Below, piece by piece: positions 17,405 to 26,062 of a stretch of 64,000 bases of DNA. Both the position numbers and the translations under genes were made by a program. Below the pieces are notes generated by a model. That model was not told the origin of the DNA. It saw nothing but the letters and a program-made list of their open reading frames with translations, and did not search any database. Origin of the DNA: a bacterium (lineage in GTDB: Bacteria > Actinomycetota > Acidimicrobiia > Spongiisociales > Spongiisociaceae); assembly GCA_026710435.1 (NCBI GenBank), contig JAPOQZ010000082.1:19770-83769 (forward strand), written 5' to 3'. Position 1 is the first letter of the stretch. Every line of letters starts with the position of its first letter.

Positions 17405-18327
17405 GTTGTCACTCCTGCGTCATGTCTGACCGTCACGGGCTCCCTGCGTAGGTATGTGCTGAACCAATCGCTGATCTGGGGTATCACCGTGTCCGCGTGC
17501 TGCGCGTAGGCACCGTAGTGGGTGGTGTGGCGCTGCATCAGCAGCTTCTTGGGGGGACGGGCACGCTCGTAGAGGTCCACCGCGTGGTCGGTGGGCGTGA
17601 CGGGGTCGTCCTCCACCCCGATGATGAGGAGGGGGGCGTCGGCGATCCTGCCGACCGCTTCGATGGGCTTGTAGGCGAGTATCCCTTCAACACTCCGCAA
17701 CTGCACCCGCGTGGGTACCCGGGAGTCCACGTCCTTCTTCACCTTGGTGGCTCTTCTCTCCGGTGTCTGGAGCATGATGTCCTCGCGGGGATGCACGAGG
17801 CGGCCCTCTCCCGTCAAGACCCGCGCGGTTCGGTCGGCCCGGAGGGACTCCAGCAGTTCGTACCACTCGTACTCGCGGCGCATCCGGCGTAGCCAGTCCT
17901 CCCCGTCGGCCACCGGCACCTGCGAGACGGCGCACCGGATGCGGGAGTCGGCCGCGGCCAGCATGATGGCATTCCCGCCGCCCGTTCCCCCGCTCCCGAA
18001 AGTGCCGATACTGTCATCGTCTACGTCCGTCCGTGAAGCTACGAACGTAACCGCGTTGATCAGGTCCTCAAGCTGGCGAGAGGGCAGCAGGAGGTCGCTC
18101 GCGCCGCCCGAAGAGCCGAAGCCGCGGTAGTCGAAGATGAGCACGGCGATCCCGGCCGCAGTCAGGGCTTCGTGATAAGGGAGGTAGAGCTGCGCGTCCT
18201 TGAGACCCAGCCAGCCAGGCCCTTGGACCACCGCTGGGAAGGGAGCGTCCCCGGATCGGTCGGGAAGCCTGAGCGTCGCCGAGACGCGCTCCCCTTCCGA
18301 GTAGAACGAGACGTCCTCGACCCTCAC
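17401..18327 (-). CDS. Alpha/beta hydrolase (dienelactone hydrolase/peptidase S9-like)
   Basis: FDYRGFGSSGG and GTFGSGGTGG (a nucleophile-elbow-like motif) are present. An ATGA overlap joins it to the downstream gene. Confidence 0.75.
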   Translation of the reverse strand: MRVEDVSFYSEGERVSATLRLPDRSGDAPFPAVVQGPGWLGLKDAQLYLPYHEALTAAGIAVLIFDYRGFGSSGGASDLLLPSRQLEDLINAVTFVASRTDVDDDSIGTFGSGGTGGGNAIMLAAADSRIRCAVSQVPVADGEDWLRRMRREYEWYELLESLRADRTARVLTGEGRLVHPREDIMLQTPERRATKVKKDVDSRVPTRVQLRSVEGILAYKPIEAVGRIADAPLLIIGVEDDPVTPTDHAVDLYERARPPKKLLMQRHTTHYGAYAQHADTVIPQISDWFSTYLRREPVTVRHDAGVTT

Positions 18328-18384
18328 AACCTTCCTCCAACCAGAACCTTCGCCGCTGCAGTCACGGGGCGAGTATAGAGATCG

Positions 18385-18400
18385 GATATACCGTATACAG
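18385..18400 (-). promoter_or_regulatory. TGTATAC-type operator-like box upstream of the 18327-15019 operon
   Basis: The minus-strand reading CTGTATACGGTATATC matches the boxes at 29862, 51045 and 37075/37089. It lies 58 nt upstream of the alpha/beta hydrolase start. Confidence 0.3.
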
Positions 18401-18471
18401 CGGCTGCTCGGTTGCCGGCTCCAGGTCGAGACTACGGGCTTCCTAGCTCCGGTAACGGCGAAACCGGAACA

Positions 18472-19740
18472 TCAACCGCATATCTCCGCTATGCATTGGG
18501 CGTAGACCTTGGTGCAGCCGACCAGGTTGTCGATGGAGACGATCTCCCCGTACTGGTCGTACACGTCGTAGACCCCGTCCTTGCGGATACCGCCAGGACC
18601 GTAGGTGAGTGCGGGCACACCGTACTCGTGGAGTATCGAGGTGTCGGCCGAGACGTCATACCGATACGGCTCCACTTTGCGGGAGGTCTCTCCGAACACT
18701 GCGTGATGGGCACGTCCCACCGTCTGGACCAAGGGCTCGTCATCGCCGATCTCGTACCCGTTCCGGCACAGGAAGAAGGAAAGCTCGGTCTCCAGCTCCG
18801 GATCCTTCTCCCGGAGGTCATCCAGGAAACCCCGGACCTGGCGGTGGATGTCCATGATCGTGGCAGTAGGTGGGAAGCGGAAGTCGAGGTAGATCGTGCA
18901 GTGCCGGGCAGGGTTCACCGCCGGCTGGAAAGGGTTCCCACCTCGGATCGCCCCGAACCCGATCCGCGTTCCCATGGTCGGGTGGGCATGGGAGGCGGCG
19001 AACTCCGGTTCCCATGCCCGGAAGGCGTCCAGCACCCGGACCCCCTTGTCTATGGCGTCGTCGCCGTGCTCCTTGGACCAGGTGTGGCGGGAGATGCCTC
19101 TGGTGGTGACCTTGGCGAAGACATAGCTCGAGTTGCCGGTCTGGACCCTCAGTCCGGTGGGTTCGCCGATGATGGCTGCGTCCGCCACCACGCCGTGCTG
19201 GGCGGCGTACATGGTGCCCCAGCCGCCGGCTCGGTAGGCCGGACCGGCGAACTCGTCGGTGGGGGACTTCTCCGTTTCTCCTATCACACCTGCCAGGACG
19301 ATATCGCCTCGGAGTTCGACATCTGCGTCCTGGACGGCCTTGAACGCTCCGTAGTAGGCGGCGAAAGCCGACTTCATGTTGGACACGCCGAGACCATATA
19401 TCCACCCGGCGCCGTCGAGAGTCGCCTTGGGAAGCAGGCCGAACGGCATCCCCGGGTCCTTGCCGGTCATCCCCGTATCGAAGTGTGCTCCCAGCAGTAG
19501 GCTCCGGCCCCTCCCGGACCCGCGCAGGCGACCGATCACGTTGTAACGGTCGGGTTCGATCTCCTGGAGTTCTATGTCCATCCCGTCGATCTCCCGGAAC
19601 CGGTGGGCCACGTAGTCGGCGATGGCGCCTTCCTCTCCCGTCGGGCTCGGTATGTCCACGAGATCGCAGGTCATGCCAACCATCTCGTCCCGGAGTTCCG
19701 GGGTGAAGGAGGGCAGGAGGGTGTCGAGTAGTTCGTTCAT
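18472..19740 (-). CDS. M20 family metallohydrolase (ArgE/DapE/carbamoylase-like)
   Basis: LLLGAHFDTG, the overall length, and a dimerisation-domain-like middle are present. Confidence 0.85.
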   Translation of the reverse strand: MNELLDTLLPSFTPELRDEMVGMTCDLVDIPSPTGEEGAIADYVAHRFREIDGMDIELQEIEPDRYNVIGRLRGSGRGRSLLLGAHFDTGMTGKDPGMPFGLLPKATLDGAGWIYGLGVSNMKSAFAAYYGAFKAVQDADVELRGDIVLAGVIGETEKSPTDEFAGPAYRAGGWGTMYAAQHGVVADAAIIGEPTGLRVQTGNSSYVFAKVTTRGISRHTWSKEHGDDAIDKGVRVLDAFRAWEPEFAASHAHPTMGTRIGFGAIRGGNPFQPAVNPARHCTIYLDFRFPPTATIMDIHRQVRGFLDDLREKDPELETELSFFLCRNGYEIGDDEPLVQTVGRAHHAVFGETSRKVEPYRYDVSADTSILHEYGVPALTYGPGGIRKDGVYDVYDQYGEIVSIDNLVGCTKVYAQCIAEICG

Positions 19741-19918
19741 GTTCGGGGTCCTCCTTCGATCCGGGGATCCTCGCGCCTGCCAAGGGCGCCGGCCTCTCCC
19801 CGGCAGGGTGATGACCGGCAGGTAGTCCGGAGGAAGGACCGCTGGACCGCCGGGCTATGCGTAGCCGGACGACCGTGTTGCTTCGGAATCCTCTGCGCTC
19901 TCCCTGGCGGCACGGGTG

Positions 19919-20320
19919 TCAGCCGGCCCAGCCGATCAATGCGTCGATGCTTATCTCGCCCGGGCCCTGGATCAGCAGGACCACCCCCACGATGATCAGC
20001 GTGAACGGCCAGTCCCACCCGTCCACGAAGCCTTGCTTCCACTTCACCATCGGTATCGCCAGGATGAGGACGAGGATCAACGGGATGACCGCCACCCGGG
20101 TCAGCAGGCCGACGACCAGCAGGAGCCCGCACAGCGTCTCCACGTATCCGGCGAGCAACGCCACCGCCGCCGGGTAGGGAACGCCCTTGCTCCGCAGGAG
20201 GTTCTCGGTGCGGCGCGGGCCGTGCCCCGTGTCCGCTTTCCTGAAGATCTTCGGCCAGCCGTGCGCCACGAAGACGGCGCCCATGGTGGCTCGCAGCAAC
20301 CCGATCGCGAGGTCTTCCAT
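19919..20320 (-). CDS. DoxX family membrane protein
   Basis: It is 133 aa with four hydrophobic segments and GAVFVAHGWPK near the N-terminus. Confidence 0.8.
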   Translation of the reverse strand: MEDLAIGLLRATMGAVFVAHGWPKIFRKADTGHGPRRTENLLRSKGVPYPAAVALLAGYVETLCGLLLVVGLLTRVAVIPLILVLILAIPMVKWKQGFVDGWDWPFTLIIVGVVLLIQGPGEISIDALIGWAG

Positions 20321-20418
20321 CGCTACTCCTCCCGCAGTCCGGTAGCCCGGAGCGGCACTGGATTACGGCCCGTCTTGCCGGTGGCCGGAGACCGCTCCGG
20401 ATCGGATACTCTAACCAT

Positions 20419-21291
20419 GTGAAGCCACCGCCCTTCCGCTACGCCTCACCTGCCACCGTCCGCGAGGCGACCGACATGCTGGCCCGGGCCGATGGCCGGG
20501 CGCTCGTGCTCGCCGGCGGCCAGAGCCTCATCCCCATGCTTCGCCACCGGCTGGCCGAACCCGAGGCGCTGGTCGATCTCCGCCGGATCGACTCCCTGCA
20601 CCATCTCTCCTTCGACGGGCTCCGCACTATCAGGCTAGGAGCGATGGTGACCCACCACGGCTTCGAGCGGTGGGGCTTCGACCACGGGCAGCGCCTCCTC
20701 ACCGATGCCGCCGCGCACATCGGTCACCGTTCGGTCAGGACGATGGGCACCGTCATCGGCAGCCTCGCCCACGCGGATCCCGCCGCCGAGTGGAGTGCAG
20801 TCTCCCTGGTCCTGGAGGGGGTGTGCCACGTCGCCGGACCGGGCGGAGAGCGGGAGGTACGGGTCGACCAGCTGTTCACCGGCCCGTTCTCGACCAGCCT
20901 GGGCAGCTCGGAAATCATCACTTCGTTGACCCTCTCACTACCCCCATCCGGTAGCGGGTCGGCCTTCGCGGAGGTGGCGCCCCGCCACGGCGATCCGGCG
21001 GTGGCCGGTGCGGCCGCTGCTCTGACGCTCGACGGCCCCGAAGTGGAGCGGGCCCGGGTGGCGCTCATCGGGCTGGCTGCCACCCCGTGCCGGTCCCCGT
21101 CGGTCGAAGCAGTTCTTGCCGGCCGTCCGGTCTCGGCCTGTATCGAAGCTGCCGCGCAAGCCGTGGAGAACGACATCGACCCGATGGGAGACATCCACGG
21201 TTCCGAGGTGTACCGGCGACGGGTGGCGCCGGTGGTGGTCGCCCGCGCTCTGCGCTCGGCGCTGGCCCGGGCGGAGGGCGGCCGGCCGTGA
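20419..21291 (+). CDS. Mo-hydroxylase FAD-binding (medium, CoxM/CutM-like) subunit
   Basis: LAGGQSLIPMLRHRL is a typical FAD-binding-5 motif. The gene is followed by overlapping S and L subunit genes. Confidence 0.85.
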   Translation: MKPPPFRYASPATVREATDMLARADGRALVLAGGQSLIPMLRHRLAEPEALVDLRRIDSLHHLSFDGLRTIRLGAMVTHHGFERWGFDHGQRLLTDAAAHIGHRSVRTMGTVIGSLAHADPAAEWSAVSLVLEGVCHVAGPGGEREVRVDQLFTGPFSTSLGSSEIITSLTLSLPPSGSGSAFAEVAPRHGDPAVAGAAAALTLDGPEVERARVALIGLAATPCRSPSVEAVLAGRPVSACIEAAAQAVENDIDPMGDIHGSEVYRRRVAPVVVARALRSALARAEGGRP

Positions 21292-21785
21292 AGGAGACCG
21301 TCCGGATCACGCTGCTCGTCAACGGCGTCGATCAGACCACGGCGGTCGAGTCCCGCATGATCCTGGCGGACGTATTGAGGGAGCGCCTGGATCTGCACAG
21401 CATCCACCTGGGATGCGAGGAGGGGGTGTGCGGCGCCTGCACCGTGCTCGTGGACGGGGAGCCGGCTACCTCCTGCCTGGTCCTAGCGGTACAGGCCGAT
21501 GGTCGCGCCATCACCACGCTGGAAGGGCTGGACGGCGACCCGACCATGGCCGGCCTGCAGGCTGCCTTCCACGAGAACTTCGCGCTCCAGTGCGGCTTCT
21601 GCACCCCCGGCATGCTGGTGAGCCTCTTCTCGCTGCTCGAAGGCCGGGCACCGTCCTCACCTCCCTTCGAGGACGAGGTCCGGACCCGCTTGAGCGGGAA
21701 CCTGTGCCGGTGCACCGGTTACCAGAGCATCGTCGCGGCGGCGATGCAGGCGGCCCGATCCGGCGCCCGTTGCGAGGATGCATGA
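21288..21785 (+). CDS. Mo-hydroxylase 2x[2Fe-2S] (small, CoxS-like) subunit
   Basis: GCEEGVCGACTV and QCGFCTPGM...CRCTGY are present. The GTG at 21288 overlaps the upstream TGA. Confidence 0.9.
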   Translation: MKETVRITLLVNGVDQTTAVESRMILADVLRERLDLHSIHLGCEEGVCGACTVLVDGEPATSCLVLAVQADGRAITTLEGLDGDPTMAGLQAAFHENFALQCGFCTPGMLVSLFSLLEGRAPSSPPFEDEVRTRLSGNLCRCTGYQSIVAAAMQAARSGARCEDA

Positions 21786-24139
21786 TGGTGCGTCCGACCT
21801 TCGGTAGGCCGGTTCTCCGCCGGGAAGACGGCAGGTTCCTCAAGGGCAAGGGGGTTTACGTGCCCGATGTCGGGCTGCCCGGCACCGCGGAAGCGGTCGT
21901 CAAGCGCAGCCCCCACGCCCATGCGCTGATCAGGGATCTCGACATCTCGGAGGCAGCCGGCGCACCCGGCGTCGTTGCGGTGATAACCGCGCGCGACCTG
22001 ACCGATACCGGGATCTACCGCCCGTACCACAAGTCGCCGCCCGCATTCGCCAACCTGCTCAAGCCGCTTGAGAAGGGCCACGACGTGCCGCTCCTGGCCG
22101 CCGGAAGGGTGAGGAGGGTCGGTGAACCGATCGCCCTCGTCGTGGCGGAGAACCGCTACCTCGCGGAGGACGCCGCCGGGCTCATCCGGGTCGATTACGA
22201 ACCGCTGGAACCGGTGCTCGATCCCGAGGCGGGCTTGCGGCCGGAGGCGCCGGTCATCCACGAAGAGTTGGGGGACAACACCCAGAGCGGGGTCCGGGTG
22301 GTGGCCGGCGATCCGGACGGGGCGATGGCCGCCGCCGATCACAGAGCCACGTTCCGCTTCACGATCCGGCGGCAGATCGGCAGCCCGCTGGGACCCAGGG
22401 CGGTGCTGGCCCGGTTCGACCCGGAGGAGGGGCTGACCGTCTGGTCCGCCACCCAGATGCAGCATCTGGCCCGCAAGGTCATCGGGGGGATCCTGGGGCT
22501 GGCGGAGGATCGCATCAGGGTCATCTGCCCGGACATGGGCGGCAGCTTCGGCGGGGGCGTCTACTACGAGGACATCCTTATCCCGTATCTGGCCCGGCGG
22601 GTAGGCCGCCCGGTGCGCTGGATCGAGGACAGGACGGAGAACCTGGTCAACGCCCGCCACGCCCGTGACCAGGTCCATGATGTCGAGGTGGGGTTCGACA
22701 GCCGGGGCCGTGTCCTCGCCCTGCGCGACCGGATCCTCGTCGATATGGGCATCGCCAACTTCTACGGGCTGGTGGTGCCATACAACACCATCTCGCATCT
22801 GCGGAGCCAGTACCGGATCGACAACTACGAGGCCGAGGCCACCTGCGTGATCACGAACAAGACCCCCAACGCTCCCGCGCGGGGCGCCGGGCGGGTCACG
22901 GCCGCCTTCGTGATCGAGCGGGTACTGGAGAGGGTGGCCCGCCGGCTGGACCTCGATCCGGCCGAGGTGAGAAGGATCAACCTCATCCCCTCCGACGCCA
23001 TGCCCTTCGACACCGGGGTGCCCTACCGGGACGGCAAGCCGTCGGTTTACGACAGCGGGGACTTTCCGGCGCAACTCGAGATGGCCCTGGAAGCGATCGG
23101 CTACCAGGACTTCCGCGCCCGCCAGGCCCGCCTGCGGGCCGAGGGACGGCACGTCGGGATCGGTATCGCCGCCCACATGGAGGGAACCGGTTTCGGACCT
23201 CCCGAGAGCGCCATCGTCAGGGTCGACGGATCGGGAGCGGTGACGATCCTCAGCGGCTCGAACAACCACGGCCAGAGCCACGAGACCACGCTCGCCCAGG
23301 TGTGCGCCGACGCTCTAGGCGTCGACATCGACAATATCTCGCTTCGGGACGGTGACACCGCCCTGGTCCGCCAGGGTGGCGGCACCTTCGCGAGCCGCAC
23401 GGCGGTCACCGGAAGCATGGCGGTGGCGGGCGCGGCCGGGAAGCTCCGGCAGAAGGCCATCGAGATCGCCGCGCGCCTCCACGGCCTGGATGCCGGCGGG
23501 CTCACCGTGATCGATGGGATCATCCGGGACGGCTCCGGCAATCGGATCACGACGCTCGCCGAGGTGGCCCGGACGGCAGGCAACGAGGCCGGATACGGAG
23601 AGCCGACTGGTGGGAAAGCCCGCCTGGAGGCGATCGACTCGTTCGCGTCGCCCACCGTCACCTGGGCGTCGGGAACCCACATCGTGACCCTCGAGGTGGA
23701 CCGTGACACGGGCCAGGTCGAGTTGGAGCGCTACGTGATAGCCCACGACGCGGGCAACATCATCAACCCGGCGGTGGTCGAGGGCCAGATCGTGGGCGGC
23801 GTGGTGCACGGGATCGGCAACGCCCTGTCGGAAGAAGCGGTCTACGACGAAGCCGGCAACCTGCTGACCGCCGGCTTTGTGGACTACCGGCTCCCGCGGG
23901 CGATCGAGGTCCCGCCGATCGAGGTTCACCACCAGGAGTTTCCCTCCCCGCTGAACGAACTGGGGATCAAAGGGTGCGGCGAGGGAGGAACGGTGGGTGC
24001 GCCCGCCGCCATCGCCAACGCCGTCGAGGACGCTCTCCGCCCCCTGGACCTCCGCATAACCGAGATGCCCCTCCAGCCGGAGAAGCTACTGAAATATATC
24101 CACAAGGCCGAGGCAGCGGCCGCGCATAGCAGGACCTGA
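21782..24139 (+). CDS. Mo-hydroxylase molybdopterin-binding (large) subunit, xanthine dehydrogenase family
   Basis: MGGSFGGG, ARGAGR and a C-terminal GCGEGG are present in a product of about 785 aa. An ATGA overlap joins it to the small subunit gene. Confidence 0.9.
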   Translation: MMVRPTFGRPVLRREDGRFLKGKGVYVPDVGLPGTAEAVVKRSPHAHALIRDLDISEAAGAPGVVAVITARDLTDTGIYRPYHKSPPAFANLLKPLEKGHDVPLLAAGRVRRVGEPIALVVAENRYLAEDAAGLIRVDYEPLEPVLDPEAGLRPEAPVIHEELGDNTQSGVRVVAGDPDGAMAAADHRATFRFTIRRQIGSPLGPRAVLARFDPEEGLTVWSATQMQHLARKVIGGILGLAEDRIRVICPDMGGSFGGGVYYEDILIPYLARRVGRPVRWIEDRTENLVNARHARDQVHDVEVGFDSRGRVLALRDRILVDMGIANFYGLVVPYNTISHLRSQYRIDNYEAEATCVITNKTPNAPARGAGRVTAAFVIERVLERVARRLDLDPAEVRRINLIPSDAMPFDTGVPYRDGKPSVYDSGDFPAQLEMALEAIGYQDFRARQARLRAEGRHVGIGIAAHMEGTGFGPPESAIVRVDGSGAVTILSGSNNHGQSHETTLAQVCADALGVDIDNISLRDGDTALVRQGGGTFASRTAVTGSMAVAGAAGKLRQKAIEIAARLHGLDAGGLTVIDGIIRDGSGNRITTLAEVARTAGNEAGYGEPTGGKARLEAIDSFASPTVTWASGTHIVTLEVDRDTGQVELERYVIAHDAGNIINPAVVEGQIVGGVVHGIGNALSEEAVYDEAGNLLTAGFVDYRLPRAIEVPPIEVHHQEFPSPLNELGIKGCGEGGTVGAPAAIANAVEDALRPLDLRITEMPLQPEKLLKYIHKAEAAAAHSRT

Positions 24140-24189
24140 CTTCCAGCCCCGTTCCACCACACTCCTAGGAGGCTTGGCCCGAAAGGTTA

Positions 24190-24217
24190 CCTTTAGAATA
24201 TCATGATAATCTAAAGG
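24190..24217 (+). promoter_or_regulatory. Perfect 8-bp inverted repeat overlapping the SD of the AAA ATPase gene
   Basis: The structure is CCTTTAGA-(12 nt, atatcatgataa)-TCTAAAGG. The right arm contains the AAAGGA SD 3 nt before the ATG at 24220, in an AT-rich context. Confidence 0.35.
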
Positions 24218-24219
24218 AC

Positions 24220-25371
24220 ATGTTTCAACGGCTGCTAACTTTGCCGGTGCCCGGGGCGGAGACGTTCTTCCTGTGGGGTCCCCGGCAGGTGGGCAAGAGC
24301 ACATTGCTCAGGCAGTGTTATCCCGACGGCGTGTGGGTCGACCTGCTCAAGGCCGACGAGTTCCGCCGCTATACGGCGCGTCCCGAACTGCTGCGCCAGG
24401 AGCTCGAGGCGGCAGGCCCGGATCCGTCCCGGCAGGTGGTCATCGACGAGGTCCAGAAGGTCCCCGCACTGCTCGACGAGGTGCACTGGCTTATCGAGAA
24501 CCGCGGGCTGTGCTTCGCGCTGTGCGGTTCGAGCGCGCGCAAGGTACGGCGCGGCGCCGCCAACCTGTTGGGCGGTCGCGCCCTGCGCTACGACCTGCGG
24601 GGCCTCATCTCAGGAGAGATCGGGGAGGCATTCGACCTCGACCGGGCGCTCAACCATGGCTACCTGCCCAGGATGTACCAGTCTGCCCGGCCCCGGCAGT
24701 TGCTCGACGCCTACATCGGCGACTACCTGCGCCAGGAGATCGCCGCCGAGGGCCTGGTACGGAACCTTCCCGCCTTCTCGGATTTCCTCGACGCTGCCGC
24801 CCTGAGCGACGGCGACCCCGTCAACTACTCGAACATCGCCCGAGACTGCGGCGTATCCGGGCCCACGGCCAAGGCGTACTTCGGCATTCTCGAGGACACG
24901 TTGCTGGCTCGCCGGTTGCCGCGCTGGCGGAAGCGGGCGAAGCGCCGCCTGGCCGGGGCGCCAAGGGTCTACTTCGAGGATGTGGGCATCGTGAACCGCC
25001 TAGCCCGCCGTGGCCAGGTCGAACGGGGTTCGGACCGGTACGGCAAAGCCTTCGAGAATTGGGTCTTCCACGAACTCTCCTCGTACATCGCCTACCGCGA
25101 CCTCGACGAGGAACTGGCCTACTGGAGGCTCCCCAGCGGCATCGAGGTCGACTTCGTGATCGGCGACATGCGTCTGGCGATCGAGACGAAGGCAAGCGCC
25201 CGGATCAGCAGCCACCACCTCAAGGGACTCCGCATCCTGGCCGAGGAGCATCCCGGCGTCCGCCGGGTCATGGTCTGCCTCGAACCCCGCCCTCGCCGCA
25301 CCGCCGACGGCATCGACATCATCCCGGCAACTGACTTCGCACTCCGCCTCTGGCAGGACCACCTCGCCTAA
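24220..25371 (+). CDS. AAA+ ATPase with C-terminal DUF4143 (COG1373-like)
   Basis: It has Walker A GPRQVGKST and Walker B VVIDEVQ, and the C-terminal EVDFVI segment is typical of DUF4143. Confidence 0.8.
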   Translation: MFQRLLTLPVPGAETFFLWGPRQVGKSTLLRQCYPDGVWVDLLKADEFRRYTARPELLRQELEAAGPDPSRQVVIDEVQKVPALLDEVHWLIENRGLCFALCGSSARKVRRGAANLLGGRALRYDLRGLISGEIGEAFDLDRALNHGYLPRMYQSARPRQLLDAYIGDYLRQEIAAEGLVRNLPAFSDFLDAAALSDGDPVNYSNIARDCGVSGPTAKAYFGILEDTLLARRLPRWRKRAKRRLAGAPRVYFEDVGIVNRLARRGQVERGSDRYGKAFENWVFHELSSYIAYRDLDEELAYWRLPSGIEVDFVIGDMRLAIETKASARISSHHLKGLRILAEEHPGVRRVMVCLEPRPRRTADGIDIIPATDFALRLWQDHLA

Positions 25372-25752
25372 GGCACCCCCGCAAAACCGAGAGCAGCAAC
25401 CGCTACGGCTCGGCGCTACCAACCTTTGCGGCCAGCGATGAACCCTCGGGCCGGAACGACCGGGCACGGCAACCAGCCTCCGAAGAAGCCCGGATCGCCG
25501 GTCGGGATGTCGTACCGCAGCCGGAGGGTGAGCCAGACGAGATGACCGTAGACGATCCGGTGGTGGCCAAGGTGTGGCGAGACTCGGGCTACCGATGGGA
25601 TGTGACAGGGTCGCGCATTCACCGCGCCGAGGCGGATTTTCGGCTCAGCCGAGTTGGTTGATCAGGTGGGCGGCGGTGGGATATGGCGCCGCAAGCGGCG
25701 TCGATGGCGGTCCAGAGTACGCCGACCGCAACGCAGACCAACCACGTTCAAA

Positions 25753-25953
25753 CTAGGAGAAACCGATGACCAGTCCTGCAGCACCAAGTACGAGAGCCGT
25801 CATCCAGACAATCAGCTTCCAGACCTGGCCGCTGATCCACTGGGTTTGATCGTTGAACCGCTGTTCGATGGCGGCCCGCAGTTCGTTGAGCTTGGCATCG
25901 AGCCGATCTTCCGTGACGTTCAAGATCCCTACCTCCTGCGACAAGCGCCTCAC
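25753..25953 (-). CDS. Small coiled-coil protein with a C-terminal TM anchor (XhlA/DUF1640-like architecture)
   Basis: It has a GTG start with a GGAG SD, a heptad-like LDAKLNELRAAIEQRF, then WKLIVWMTALVLGAAGLVIGF. It sits in an AT-rich patch. Confidence 0.5.
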   Translation of the reverse strand: MRRLSQEVGILNVTEDRLDAKLNELRAAIEQRFNDQTQWISGQVWKLIVWMTALVLGAAGLVIGFS

Positions 25954-26062
25954 TGCGTCTCCGTTCAGCCGTCAGTATTGTACCAACAATCCTATATTAT
26001 ACTGTAGTCATTGCTTACGATGGATGGCAGTACAGCATTCCACGGAATAGTCGATACCCCCC

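Noticed and set aside
25416-25622. A 68-aa ORF downstream of the DUF4143 ATPase gene, considered as a possible gene fragment.
   Set aside because: It has no SD, no family signature and an atypical composition. I cannot distinguish it from a chance ORF.
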